Positions 18,498 through 27,772 of a stretch of 36,078 bases of DNA are shown here, piece by piece. The stretch comes from an uncultured Chlorobiota bacterium (GTDB lineage Bacteria; Bacteroidota; Bacteroidia; Bacteroidales; JAADGE01). The position numbers and the translations under genes are program-made. The stretch lies in NCBI GenBank assembly GCA_947311265.1, contig CAMZKQ010000085.1:1-36078 (forward strand), written 5' to 3'. A model generated the notes under the pieces. It searched no databases. It had not been told where the DNA came from and saw only the letters and a list, made by a program, of their open reading frames with translations. Numbering within the stretch: position 1 is the stretch's first letter; the number at the start of each line of letters is the position of its first letter.

Positions 18498-19361
18498 TTA
18501 AACCGTATCCATAAATGATTGCTCTACTTTATTAAAGACCAAAACCCCTGCAGTTAGCAGTACCACCATAAATCCAAAGCTGTATAATAGTGCCATTGGT
18601 TCAAAATTACCTTTGCCCAATAGGGCAAACCTGAAACTCTCTATAACAGGGGTAAGTGGGTTGGCTTGCACGTAAATTTTATATTCCTCAGGAATGGTTG
18701 ATATTGGGTAAATTACTGGTGTGGCGTACATCCAAAGTTGCACTCCAAAACCAACCAAGTTGGATAAATCTCTATATTTTGTTGTCATTGCCGAAATTAG
18801 TATTCCGAACCCAAGCCCTAAACCTGCCATTAGTAGTATCAAAACAGGAATTAGTAGCACATACATATTAGGGGTAAAATCTGCTCCTATAATTCCGTAA
18901 TAGGCCATAAAGCACAGTAGGAAAGTAAACTGTATAAAGAACTGTACTAAACCAGAAATAACAGTGGAAATAGGCAGTGCCAAACGTGGGAAATAGACCT
19001 TCCCGAAAATACCTGCGTTAGCGGTAAATGTGCTAGATGTTGATCTTAATGCCGTGGAAAAGTAGGTCCAGCCCACAACACCAGACATGTAAAAAAGCAC
19101 TTGTGGCAAGCCGTCTGTTGATATTTTGGCAATATTGCCAAATACCAGTACATACATCATTGTAGAAAGCAATGGTTGTATCAAGAACCAAAGGGGCCCC
19201 AGTATCGTTTGTTTGTAGGTGGCAACAAAATCTCGCTTCACAAACAGGGCGATTAAATCTCGGTATTTCCAAAGTTCCTTTAGATTTACATCTAAGAGGT
19301 GCCTCTTAGGCTTTATTATCATTGTCCAGTTTTCTGGACTTTTATCTACTGTCTTTCTCAT
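18498..19361 (-). CDS. wzm: Polysaccharide ABC exporter permease Wzm
   Basis: RDF..YKQTILGPLW, KVYFPR, YATPVIYP and NPLTPVIESFR motifs; multiple TM segments. Confidence 0.95.
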   Translation of the reverse strand: MRKTVDKSPENWTMIIKPKRHLLDVNLKELWKYRDLIALFVKRDFVATYKQTILGPLWFLIQPLLSTMMYVLVFGNIAKISTDGLPQVLFYMSGVVGWTYFSTALRSTSSTFTANAGIFGKVYFPRLALPISTVISGLVQFFIQFTFLLCFMAYYGIIGADFTPNMYVLLIPVLILLMAGLGLGFGILISAMTTKYRDLSNLVGFGVQLWMYATPVIYPISTIPEEYKIYVQANPLTPVIESFRFALLGKGNFEPMALLYSFGFMVVLLTAGVLVFNKVEQSFMDTV

Positions 19362-19380
19362 TTTTTTTGAAACTAGGAAA

Positions 19381-19388
19381 CAAAGGTA
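19381..19388 (-). promoter_or_regulatory. Bacteroidota -7 promoter box for the polysaccharide operon
   Basis: TACCTTTG on the minus strand, ~20 nt upstream of the wzm ATG. Confidence 0.6.
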
Positions 19389-19393
19389 ATATT

Positions 19394-21052
19394 TTATTCT
19401 GAAATAGAATAATCTATAACTTGTTTTTCAAGGATTTCTAGTTGTTGTTGCTTTGTATTTTCCGAAAGGTTTAAAAAATCTGCAAAATAATGGCTGGCTT
19501 GCTGGGCAAGTAGGGGTATTTTATCAGGTTCAAAAAGCATAATTCCGGTACGGCGAATAAAAAAATCTGAAATCGTATTACACATTTCGTGTTCTATGCT
19601 GTAGCATACTTCGGCTTTTAGCCACGCCTTTTCGGTATTTCTTAGTCTATTGTAATAGTCAAATGCTTTGTTGGTAATTACTTCGATGTTTGTGCCATAG
19701 CGATAAAAGAGTTTTTTAAACTCTTCTGGCGAAATGCCTGTTTGTTTTGCTTCATCGTATTTTTTGTCGGCATATTCGATGAGTTTGTAAGTATCTGGTC
19801 GGAAATTAAATTCGCCACCAGCGAGTTGCATTTTTCGGGTTCTGCATTTTTTAAATTCTCCATTTTCTTTTAGGAGCTTTCGGTACACAATATTTACAAT
19901 TTTTTTTGCCATCAGGCGGTAGCCTGTGAGTTTGCCTCCGGCAATGGAGATTAAGCCCGATTTGGAAATAAATATCTCATCTTTACGGGAGAGTTCCGAG
20001 GGCGATTTTCCTTCTTCGTGTATTAATGGTCGAAGCCCTGCCCATGCAGAAAGTATGTCTTTTATTTTTAAGTTAATTTCAGGAAAACTTTTATTGGTGT
20101 GGTGCAAAATGTACTCTGCATCTTCTAGCTTTGGTAAAGGGCGTTGAGTGTCGCCTGTATAATTGGTGTCTGTAGTGCCAATATATACAATTTCGCCACG
20201 TGGTATGGCAAAAATCATTCGCCCATCACTGGTATCGAAATAGGCTGCACATTGTAGAGGAAATTTCTTTTTGCTTACCGTTAGATGAACGCCTTTTGTA
20301 TGATGGATTTTTTTCTTTGCCGGTTTATTATCCTCCTTCATAAGCTCATCAGTCCAAGGGCCTGTGGCACTTACTACTATTTTTGCACTTATTTTAATTG
20401 CTTCCTTGGAAAGAGTGTCGGTTGCCGTAAGGCCTTTAATCTTTCCTTTTTCGTTATATTTAAAAGTGTTGGCTTTTACATAGTTAATAACTGTTGCTCC
20501 TTTTTCAACGGCTTTTTTTAGCACCTCCATTGTAAGGCGTGCGTCGTCGGTTTTATATTCGTAATAGATGGCACTTCCTTTTAATTTTTTGGGGTTTAGG
20601 GAGGGCATTTTTTCTAAGGTTTCTTTCACCGATAGCATTTTTCTTCGCTCGGGTTTTGCCACCCCTGCCAAAAAATCGTACACCCAAAGTGCCATGGATG
20701 CAGAAAATTTACCTAAGGACCCGCCTTCGACAATTGGCAAAATCATTTTTTCGGGCAGTACAATGTGGGGGGCGTTGCGGTGTACTATTTTTCGTTCCTG
20801 CCCTACTTCTCGTACTATTTTAAAGGAGAGTTGTTTTAAATACCTTAACCCACCGTGTACAAGTTTGGTGGAACGGCTGCTTGTCCCTTCCGCAAAATCT
20901 TGCATTTCTATAAGCCCAACTTTTAGCCCACGTGTAGTGGCATCAAGTGCAATTCCTGCACCAGTAATACCTCCTCCAATTATCAGTATATCAAACTCTT
21001 GCGTGTCTAATTTTTTTATTATTTCACTCCTTTTAAGTGTTGAAAATGGCAT
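19394..21052 (-). CDS. glpD: FAD-dependent glycerol-3-phosphate dehydrogenase/oxidase
   Basis: IGGGITGAG, GTSSRSTKLVHGGLRYL, DDARL, WAGLRPL and GGKLTGYR motifs. Confidence 0.93.
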   Translation of the reverse strand: MPFSTLKRSEIIKKLDTQEFDILIIGGGITGAGIALDATTRGLKVGLIEMQDFAEGTSSRSTKLVHGGLRYLKQLSFKIVREVGQERKIVHRNAPHIVLPEKMILPIVEGGSLGKFSASMALWVYDFLAGVAKPERRKMLSVKETLEKMPSLNPKKLKGSAIYYEYKTDDARLTMEVLKKAVEKGATVINYVKANTFKYNEKGKIKGLTATDTLSKEAIKISAKIVVSATGPWTDELMKEDNKPAKKKIHHTKGVHLTVSKKKFPLQCAAYFDTSDGRMIFAIPRGEIVYIGTTDTNYTGDTQRPLPKLEDAEYILHHTNKSFPEINLKIKDILSAWAGLRPLIHEEGKSPSELSRKDEIFISKSGLISIAGGKLTGYRLMAKKIVNIVYRKLLKENGEFKKCRTRKMQLAGGEFNFRPDTYKLIEYADKKYDEAKQTGISPEEFKKLFYRYGTNIEVITNKAFDYYNRLRNTEKAWLKAEVCYSIEHEMCNTISDFFIRRTGIMLFEPDKIPLLAQQASHYFADFLNLSENTKQQQLEILEKQVIDYSISE

Positions 21053-21066
21053 ATCTTTTATCTGTT

Positions 21067-21921
21067 TTATTTTGGTAAATTGTGGGTTTCTTTTGTAAAT
21101 ACAATTATTGCCCAGTTATCTTTTACAGCGTGTCTTTTGTAAATAAAGCCTCTTTTTTTTGCTTCTGTTTTTACTTCTTTAATATCCGTTTCGTAAAAGC
21201 CACTATAAATAACTGTCCCTCCTTGGTTGAGAGCATTAAAAATGAGGGGCATATCTGCAATTACAATATTTTTCCAGATATTTTCATAAATAGTATCAAA
21301 TTTCCTTTCACCAACACTTTTTGCCGTACCTACTTCTAAATCAATATTATTCGAGTTGTTTATTTTAATATTTTCACGGCTATTTATGATTGCTTTTTCG
21401 TCGTTATCAATAGCAAGTACTTTTCCAGAGTTTAATTTTCTGCTAAGTATTGCCAAAATAGCTGTGCCGCAGCCCAAATCTAATACCGTTTTATTTTCGA
21501 TTTCGAGATTGAAAATTTCTTTAATAATTAGGAATGTTGTGGCATGGTTGCCTGTACCAAAAGCGGTTTTGGGGTCAATAATTATTTCATGCTTGGTCTT
21601 AGGAAAATCTTTATGGAAGGAGGAGCGGATTAGGCATTTGTCTTCAATTACAATAGGCTTGAAATAATTTTGCTCCCAAACTTCGTTCCAGTTTTGGTCT
21701 TTTATTTTCTCCAACGAGAATGTGAACTCAAAGGCAAGTAAACTTTCTTTTAGTTGTATTATATTTTCAATTTCAAAATTCCCCGCAGGGGTATAGGCAT
21801 TTATACCTTGTGGAGTTTCCATGAAGCTCTCAAAGCCTTCTGCCGAAAGCAGGGCGGTGATTATGTCTAAATTCTCGGGAGTATTTGGGCTTAGGGTGCA
21901 GACTAGTTCTATTGTATCCAT
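21067..21921 (-). CDS. prmA: Ribosomal protein L11 methyltransferase
   Basis: NWNEVWE, IDPKTAFGTGNHATT, LDLGCGTAIL and SGFY motifs. Confidence 0.95.
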   Translation of the reverse strand: MDTIELVCTLSPNTPENLDIITALLSAEGFESFMETPQGINAYTPAGNFEIENIIQLKESLLAFEFTFSLEKIKDQNWNEVWEQNYFKPIVIEDKCLIRSSFHKDFPKTKHEIIIDPKTAFGTGNHATTFLIIKEIFNLEIENKTVLDLGCGTAILAILSRKLNSGKVLAIDNDEKAIINSRENIKINNSNNIDLEVGTAKSVGERKFDTIYENIWKNIVIADMPLIFNALNQGGTVIYSGFYETDIKEVKTEAKKRGFIYKRHAVKDNWAIIVFTKETHNLPK

Positions 21922-21929
21922 CTTTTATT

Positions 21930-22919
21930 TTAAAATTTTCTGAATCCAATAATTTCTCGCACTTCTTTAAGTGTCTGTTTTGTGTTTTTCCGTGCTTTTT
22001 CGGCACCGGCTTCGGCGACTTCTTGTAGGAATTTGGAGTTGCCTTCAATTTCTAATATTTTTTCTCTAATTGGGGCAGTAAATTTCACAATATCGTCAGC
22101 AAGTTGTTTTTTCATATCGCCATAACGAATTTCGCAAGCGGCATATTTATCTTTGAAAAACTGAATGGTATCTGGTGCCGAAACCAATTCCATTAGAGCA
22201 ATTAGGTTTTTTACAGGCAGTGTCATTTCTTGATTTTTTTCGGTTGGTCCACTATCTGTTTTTGCACGCATTACTTTTTTGCGTATTGTTTTTTCGTCGT
22301 CGGCAAGGTAGATGCCGTTGCCTGCGGTTTTGCCCATTTTTCCTGTTCCGTCTAGCCCCGGTACTTTTACTAAGTCTTTACCAAAATTGTATGGTTGTGG
22401 CTCTGGGAAATAATCTACCTTATACATGTGGTTAAATCGCTTTGCGAATTTACGTGCCATTTCTAAATTTTGCTCTTGGTCTTTTCCTACTGGCACTTTA
22501 TCGGCTTTATGGATTAAAATATCTGCGGCCATAAGTACAGGGTAAGTAAGCAAGCCTGCATTTACGTTGTTGGGTTGTGTTCGGATTTTATCCTTAAAGG
22601 AGGTGGTACGTTCTAGTTCGCCTATATAGGCATTCATGTTTAACAAAAGGTATAGCTCAGGTATTTCTGGCACATCGCTTTGCACGTATATTGTTGCTTT
22701 TTCGGGGTCTAAACCTGTGGCTAAATACTCTGCTAATACGGTTCTTACACTGCGGTGCAAATCATCGGGCGTTGGGTAGGTGGTCAGGGAATGGTAATCG
22801 GCAATGAAAAAGTAGCAGTTATTTTGCTCTTGCATTTTTAAGAAATTTTGTACTGCTCCAAAATAGTTGCCTAAATGTAGGTTGCCCGTAGAGCGTATGC
22901 CACTTAATACTGTTTCCAT
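21930..22919 (-). CDS. trpS: Tryptophan--tRNA ligase
   Basis: HLGN, YPVLMAADIL, VPVGKDQ and KMGKT (KMSKS variant) motifs. Confidence 0.97.
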   Translation of the reverse strand: METVLSGIRSTGNLHLGNYFGAVQNFLKMQEQNNCYFFIADYHSLTTYPTPDDLHRSVRTVLAEYLATGLDPEKATIYVQSDVPEIPELYLLLNMNAYIGELERTTSFKDKIRTQPNNVNAGLLTYPVLMAADILIHKADKVPVGKDQEQNLEMARKFAKRFNHMYKVDYFPEPQPYNFGKDLVKVPGLDGTGKMGKTAGNGIYLADDEKTIRKKVMRAKTDSGPTEKNQEMTLPVKNLIALMELVSAPDTIQFFKDKYAACEIRYGDMKKQLADDIVKFTAPIREKILEIEGNSKFLQEVAEAGAEKARKNTKQTLKEVREIIGFRKF

Positions 22920-22964
22920 TTTATATATTTTTATTGTAACTATTCAATTTTAACATTAATCTTG

Positions 22965-22972
22965 CAAAAGTA
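22965..22972 (-). promoter_or_regulatory. Bacteroidota -7 promoter box for trpS-prmA-glpD
   Basis: TACTTTTG followed by CA on the minus strand. Confidence 0.6.
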
Positions 22973-23015
22973 TCAAAATCAAGATAATATTTACTAATTT
23001 TACAAAAAAAAACGC

Positions 23016-23738
23016 ATGAGCAAATATAAAAGAATATTACTTAAACTAAGTGGCGAATCGCTCGCTGGGGAGAACAGTTTTGGAATTGATGTTTTACATC
23101 TTGAAAATTATGTTTCGCAAATAAAAAAAATTGCCCAACAAGGGGTGCAAATAGGTATCGTAATTGGTGGGGGCAATATTTTCAGGGGGCTTTCTGGCTC
23201 TAAAAAAGGCTTCGATAGGGTAAAAGGCGACTATATGGGCATGTTTGCCACGATAATTAATGGTCTGGCTTTACAATCTGCTTTTGAAGCCGCTGGGCAA
23301 AAAGCCCTGTTACTCACTGCCTTCAACACGATGCCTGCGGCAGAACAGTATAGCAAGCAGCGGGCAGTTCGGGCTATGGAAAAGGGCGAGATTGTAATCC
23401 TATCTGGCGGTACAGGAAGCCCATTTTTTACTACTGATACGGGTGCGTCTTTACGAGCTATTGAAATTGAAGCCGACATCTTACTCAAAGGCACTCGTGT
23501 AGATGGCGTATATTCTGCCGACCCCGAAAAAGACAAATCGGCAACAAAATATAGCCAAATTACCTTCGACCAAATCTATAAAAAAGGGCTAAAAATAATG
23601 GATTTAACTGCATTTACTATGTGCAAAGAAAATGATATGCCTGTTTATGTTTTTGATATGGATACCGTAGGCAACCTAGAAAAAGTAATTAACGGGGAAG
23701 CTATAGGCACTTTGGTTTGCAACGAAAAACAAATATAA
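23016..23738 (+). CDS. pyrH: Uridylate kinase
   Basis: LLKLSGE, GGGNIFRG, PFFTTD, DGVYSADP and MDLTA motifs. Confidence 0.97.
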   Translation: MSKYKRILLKLSGESLAGENSFGIDVLHLENYVSQIKKIAQQGVQIGIVIGGGNIFRGLSGSKKGFDRVKGDYMGMFATIINGLALQSAFEAAGQKALLLTAFNTMPAAEQYSKQRAVRAMEKGEIVILSGGTGSPFFTTDTGASLRAIEIEADILLKGTRVDGVYSADPEKDKSATKYSQITFDQIYKKGLKIMDLTAFTMCKENDMPVYVFDMDTVGNLEKVINGEAIGTLVCNEKQI

Positions 23739-23789
23739 AATACTGATTACAAGCAAATTACAATCACTAATTAGAAACAACACAGATAA

Positions 23790-23835
23790 TTATTTAACTT
23801 TATTACTGTTAAATAACTTGTTTTTAGTATTTTTG
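23790..23835 (+). promoter_or_regulatory. Inverted repeat (possible operator) plus -7 box upstream of the histidine kinase
   Basis: TTATTTAAC-N9-GTTAAATAA (23790-23816), then TATTTTTG (23828-23835). Confidence 0.45.
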
Positions 23836-23869
23836 TAAATTGAAACAAGAATACCTTTAAATTTAAGCC

Positions 23870-26692
23870 ATGCAATCACCCGAAATGACAAAAATGATTC
23901 TTGATGCAGTAATTAATGCACCGGGTGAGTCCATTATTTTCTCTATTGATAGAGAGTACCTCTATATTTCGTTCAACCAAAATTTCAAAAAATATATGCA
24001 AGATGCTTTTGGCATCAATGTAAAAGTAGGCATGTCGGTACTCGAAATATTTAAAGGTTATACCGATATAAAAAAAGAAAAGGCTAATTTTGACAGGGCA
24101 TTTGAAGGGCGAGAATTTTTTCAGCTAGGTAACGAATTTATTGACAATAAATATTCCTATTATAAGGATATTTACAAACCCATTATAAACGAAGCCGGAG
24201 AAGTCCTTGGCGTAACCGTATTTTACACCAATATAACAGAGCGTAAACGCTCGGACAGAACTTGGGCGTTTCTGCTAAAAATGGCAGAAAAAGTAAATAG
24301 CACCGAGAGTTTAGAAAGTTTTATAAAAAATATCCAACTCGATTTGGATAAAATTATAGATACCACCAACTTTTTTGTTGCCCTCTACAAAAAAAAAAGT
24401 AACACTTACTCATTCCCTTTTTACTGCGATGTTAAAGACAATATAGAAAGTATTACAAGCTGTAATTTAAACAAATCAGTAACCGATTATGTGCGCAGAA
24501 CTGGCGTACCTTTACTTGCCTCATCGCAACAAATTAAAGGCTTAGAAAAAGCAGGACATATTGAACTCGTAGGCACACTCTCCCCATCGTGGCTAGGCGT
24601 ACCACTAAAATACCATGGGCAAGTTATCGGTGTAATTGTTATCCAAAGCCACGACAAACCCAACCTGTACGACGAGAAGGACTTAGACCTAATGGTCTAT
24701 ATCTCCGATTTTATTGCCCGAGCTGTACAACGCAAACGAACTGCAGACAAGAGTAGAGAAATAGCCCACCAACTAAAATACTCGCAAAAAATAGCCCGAC
24801 TAGGCTACTGGGAAATAGATTTACAAACCGGCAACATTCGGCTTTCGGAGGGGGCAAAAAAAATCTATGGGCTAAGTTACGACACCACTTGGGTAAAGCA
24901 AGCACTCGTTGAAAACCTTGTGCATATTGAAGATATTAATACCATAAGAAAATTAAGAACAGACGTTTCTATAAAGCACCCCGTTTATTCTGCCGACTTT
25001 AGAATACAGCACCCCAAAACAAAACAAACTGCACTTATCCATTCCCATGCCGAAACACACTACCTAAAAAACGGGAAAGCATACAAAATTACAGGCATCA
25101 TACAAGATGTAACCCAGCAGCACAAGGATAAATTAGAGCTACAAATGGCCAGGGATAAAGCCCAAGAAGCAGACCGCTTAAAATCTGCATTCCTAGCCAA
25201 TATGTCTCACGAAATCCGTACCCCAATGAACGCCGTAATGGGCTTTTCAAAACTGCTCTTAGAAAGAGAACTCTCTTCGGAAATGAAAACCAAATATGCC
25301 TCTTTTATAAACAGTAGTGCTAAAAATTTACTCAAATTAATTAATGATATTCTTGATGTCGCAAAAATAGAGGCCGGAGAATTTAGTATCGTTAAAAAAC
25401 CAATGGCAATAAACCATGTGCTTACAGAACTTTGCGAAACTTTTTCGCAACAGAAAAACACAATAGGCAAAGAACATATTACAATAAAATTAGAGTGTGA
25501 AAATACAGACCCCAACTTTACCATAATTACCGACCAGCTAAGGCTACGCCAGATTTTAACCAACCTGCTTGGCAACTCCCTAAAATTTATTGAAAAGGGG
25601 CATATTTATTTCGGCTATAACCTTTTAGATACAAAAACCCTAAAATTCTACGTTACAGATACAGGGATTGGTATTCCTGAAGATAAACAACAATTAATTT
25701 TTAGCCGATTTGGGCAAATCATTAATGATAAAGTGGCACACCCAGGCGGCACAGGTCTAGGTTTATCTATTTGCAAGCATTTGGTAGAGGTACTTGGTGG
25801 GAAAATTAGCTTTACATCTGCACCCTACGAAGGCACTACCTTTAATTTTTCACTACCACTTCAAATCGCAACCAACACCAGTAAGAAAGACTTTGGAGAG
25901 GTTAATTTTTCAATCTTTAACGGGTTAAATATATTAGTAGCCGAAGACAATAAAGTCAATCAAATTTTACTTGAAGATACCCTAGACCTAAACCCCCAAA
26001 CCAATACTATTGATTTTGCAGACTCTGGCGAACAGGCTATTCAGAAGTTTAAACAAGGCAATTATAATTTCATTTTTATGGATATTCGTATGCTAGGCAT
26101 TAATGGCTACAAAACAACAACCCAAATTAGAGCCTTAGAAAAACAAGCCAAAAAAACCCCTATAATTGGGCTTTCTGCCCATGCCATGGGCGAAGCAAAA
26201 AGGTTAGGAAAAAAAGCAGGTATGGACGATTTTATTACAAAACCATTTATTCCAAAAGATTTATTTAGAGTGCTTATGCAGTTCACAAACAATGGCAAGG
26301 TGAAACAGGAAGAAAAAGAAAAGAAAACTCCAAAACAAGAACAAGCAGGAGAGTTTCAATGTATCGACTTATCTGCCTTAGAGGCACTCTATAAAAATAA
26401 TCATGAAAAGCTAAGAAAAATTATACTCTTATACATCAACAATATTGACAAGCAGATTGCTGATTTACAAAACTATATTCAGAATACAAAAAATGAACAG
26501 GCACAAATTTGTGCACACTCTTTAAAAACAGCTTTTAAATACTTTGGAATGGCACAAACCTCCAGTCTTGCAAAAGAAATGGAAATAAATGCTAAAACTT
26601 ACACTAAAAATAGCCTTACCCAAAAAGCAAAAATACTAAGCCAAAATTGGGCAAAAGGAAAAGCAGAAGCCCTTATTTTCTGTCAAAAATAA
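23870..26692 (+). CDS. Cytoplasmic hybrid histidine kinase (PAS-GAF-PAS-HisKA-HATPase-REC-Hpt)
   Basis: H-box FLANMSHEIRTPMN; QILTNLLGNSLKF, DTGIGI and GGTGLGL; REC ILVAEDN..FMDIRM..KPF; Hpt AHSLK; no TM segment apparent. Confidence 0.93.
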   Translation: MQSPEMTKMILDAVINAPGESIIFSIDREYLYISFNQNFKKYMQDAFGINVKVGMSVLEIFKGYTDIKKEKANFDRAFEGREFFQLGNEFIDNKYSYYKDIYKPIINEAGEVLGVTVFYTNITERKRSDRTWAFLLKMAEKVNSTESLESFIKNIQLDLDKIIDTTNFFVALYKKKSNTYSFPFYCDVKDNIESITSCNLNKSVTDYVRRTGVPLLASSQQIKGLEKAGHIELVGTLSPSWLGVPLKYHGQVIGVIVIQSHDKPNLYDEKDLDLMVYISDFIARAVQRKRTADKSREIAHQLKYSQKIARLGYWEIDLQTGNIRLSEGAKKIYGLSYDTTWVKQALVENLVHIEDINTIRKLRTDVSIKHPVYSADFRIQHPKTKQTALIHSHAETHYLKNGKAYKITGIIQDVTQQHKDKLELQMARDKAQEADRLKSAFLANMSHEIRTPMNAVMGFSKLLLERELSSEMKTKYASFINSSAKNLLKLINDILDVAKIEAGEFSIVKKPMAINHVLTELCETFSQQKNTIGKEHITIKLECENTDPNFTIITDQLRLRQILTNLLGNSLKFIEKGHIYFGYNLLDTKTLKFYVTDTGIGIPEDKQQLIFSRFGQIINDKVAHPGGTGLGLSICKHLVEVLGGKISFTSAPYEGTTFNFSLPLQIATNTSKKDFGEVNFSIFNGLNILVAEDNKVNQILLEDTLDLNPQTNTIDFADSGEQAIQKFKQGNYNFIFMDIRMLGINGYKTTTQIRALEKQAKKTPIIGLSAHAMGEAKRLGKKAGMDDFITKPFIPKDLFRVLMQFTNNGKVKQEEKEKKTPKQEQAGEFQCIDLSALEALYKNNHEKLRKIILLYINNIDKQIADLQNYIQNTKNEQAQICAHSLKTAFKYFGMAQTSSLAKEMEINAKTYTKNSLTQKAKILSQNWAKGKAEALIFCQK

Positions 26693-26726
26693 AGCACCCA
26701 AAACATTCACCTCTAAAGCAAACCAT

Positions 26727-27761
26727 ATGAAAAACACAATACTAATAACAACCTTACTGTTAGCAACTTACATAAGCAATGCACAAATCACACTAACCAA
26801 TGCCACCCACGGGCTACAAGAAAATTATGAATATACAACTCTAAATACAGAATACCTATCCCCCGGAGCAAGTGGTAGTAATGTATTATGGGATTTCACC
26901 CAAATTAATTGCTCGGACAGTAAGCATACATGGCTACTGCCAGCTTACACCACCTACCGAGATACCGAGTTTTCTAGTGCAAATATAGCCATCGAAAGCG
27001 GTGCTAATTATTTCTATTTCCAAACAGACGACTTCGCCAACAACTACCTCGGAATGGTTACGCCAACCTCACTTATTAAGTTTGATATGCCTATAAAAAA
27101 AATTGAATACCCCTTCACCTTTGGAGATTTCACAAGCACAAACTACACCGGAACAGGCATCCACCACAATAGCATACATAGCACAATATCAGGACACTAC
27201 TGGGCCAAAGCAGATGCTTGGGGAACACTAATTTTGCCCGAAGGCGTAACCCTACAAAACGTACTGCGAGTACAAACTATCGACACAATTACAGAAACCG
27301 CATGCAACTCAACCACAGTTATCAACCAAAAATACCTGTGGTATGCCGCCGAATCTCGCTACCCCCTTTTTGTAACACGCATTAGCACCCAAATCCAAAG
27401 CGATGAAACCATCACCGTTACAAAAAAATCATATTACAATGCCACAGCAGTAGAAAGCATTGTAAATGAAACAGTTGCATCTATAGATAAAACCATTGAA
27501 AATTCAGATATTTTTAATATCTACCCAAATCCATACATCGAAAAAGTTAAGATTAAATACAACTTACTCCAAAATTCCGACATTAAAATAGAAACTGTAA
27601 GCGAAACGGGGGCAATTACTAGCGTACTTTTATCACAAAAAAATCAAAAAGGAGAAAACACAGTAAACTACCAACCACAACAAACCCCCAATGGGATTTC
27701 ATTTATCCGTTTTACCGTAAACGGAAAAGTATTTATGAAAAAAATTGTAAAAATTGATTAA
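26727..27761 (+). CDS. Secreted T9SS type A sorting-domain protein of unknown function
   Basis: Signal peptide ..SNA/Q, Thr/Tyr-rich beta body with DAWGTLILP, and CTD IYPNP...KKIVK. Confidence 0.85.
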   Translation: MKNTILITTLLLATYISNAQITLTNATHGLQENYEYTTLNTEYLSPGASGSNVLWDFTQINCSDSKHTWLLPAYTTYRDTEFSSANIAIESGANYFYFQTDDFANNYLGMVTPTSLIKFDMPIKKIEYPFTFGDFTSTNYTGTGIHHNSIHSTISGHYWAKADAWGTLILPEGVTLQNVLRVQTIDTITETACNSTTVINQKYLWYAAESRYPLFVTRISTQIQSDETITVTKKSYYNATAVESIVNETVASIDKTIENSDIFNIYPNPYIEKVKIKYNLLQNSDIKIETVSETGAITSVLLSQKNQKGENTVNYQPQQTPNGISFIRFTVNGKVFMKKIVKID

Positions 27762-27772
27762 GGTTTAATTCA

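Noticed and set aside
19362-19393. Invertible promoter or ops/UpxY element for the glycan operon
   Set aside because: The spacer is only 32 bp, with no inverted repeats and no nearby recombinase or NusG paralog.
23790-23816. dif/Xer site (arms resemble TTATGTTAAAT, near a skew switch)
   Set aside because: The geometry does not fit 11-6-11 and there is no XerC-like arm.
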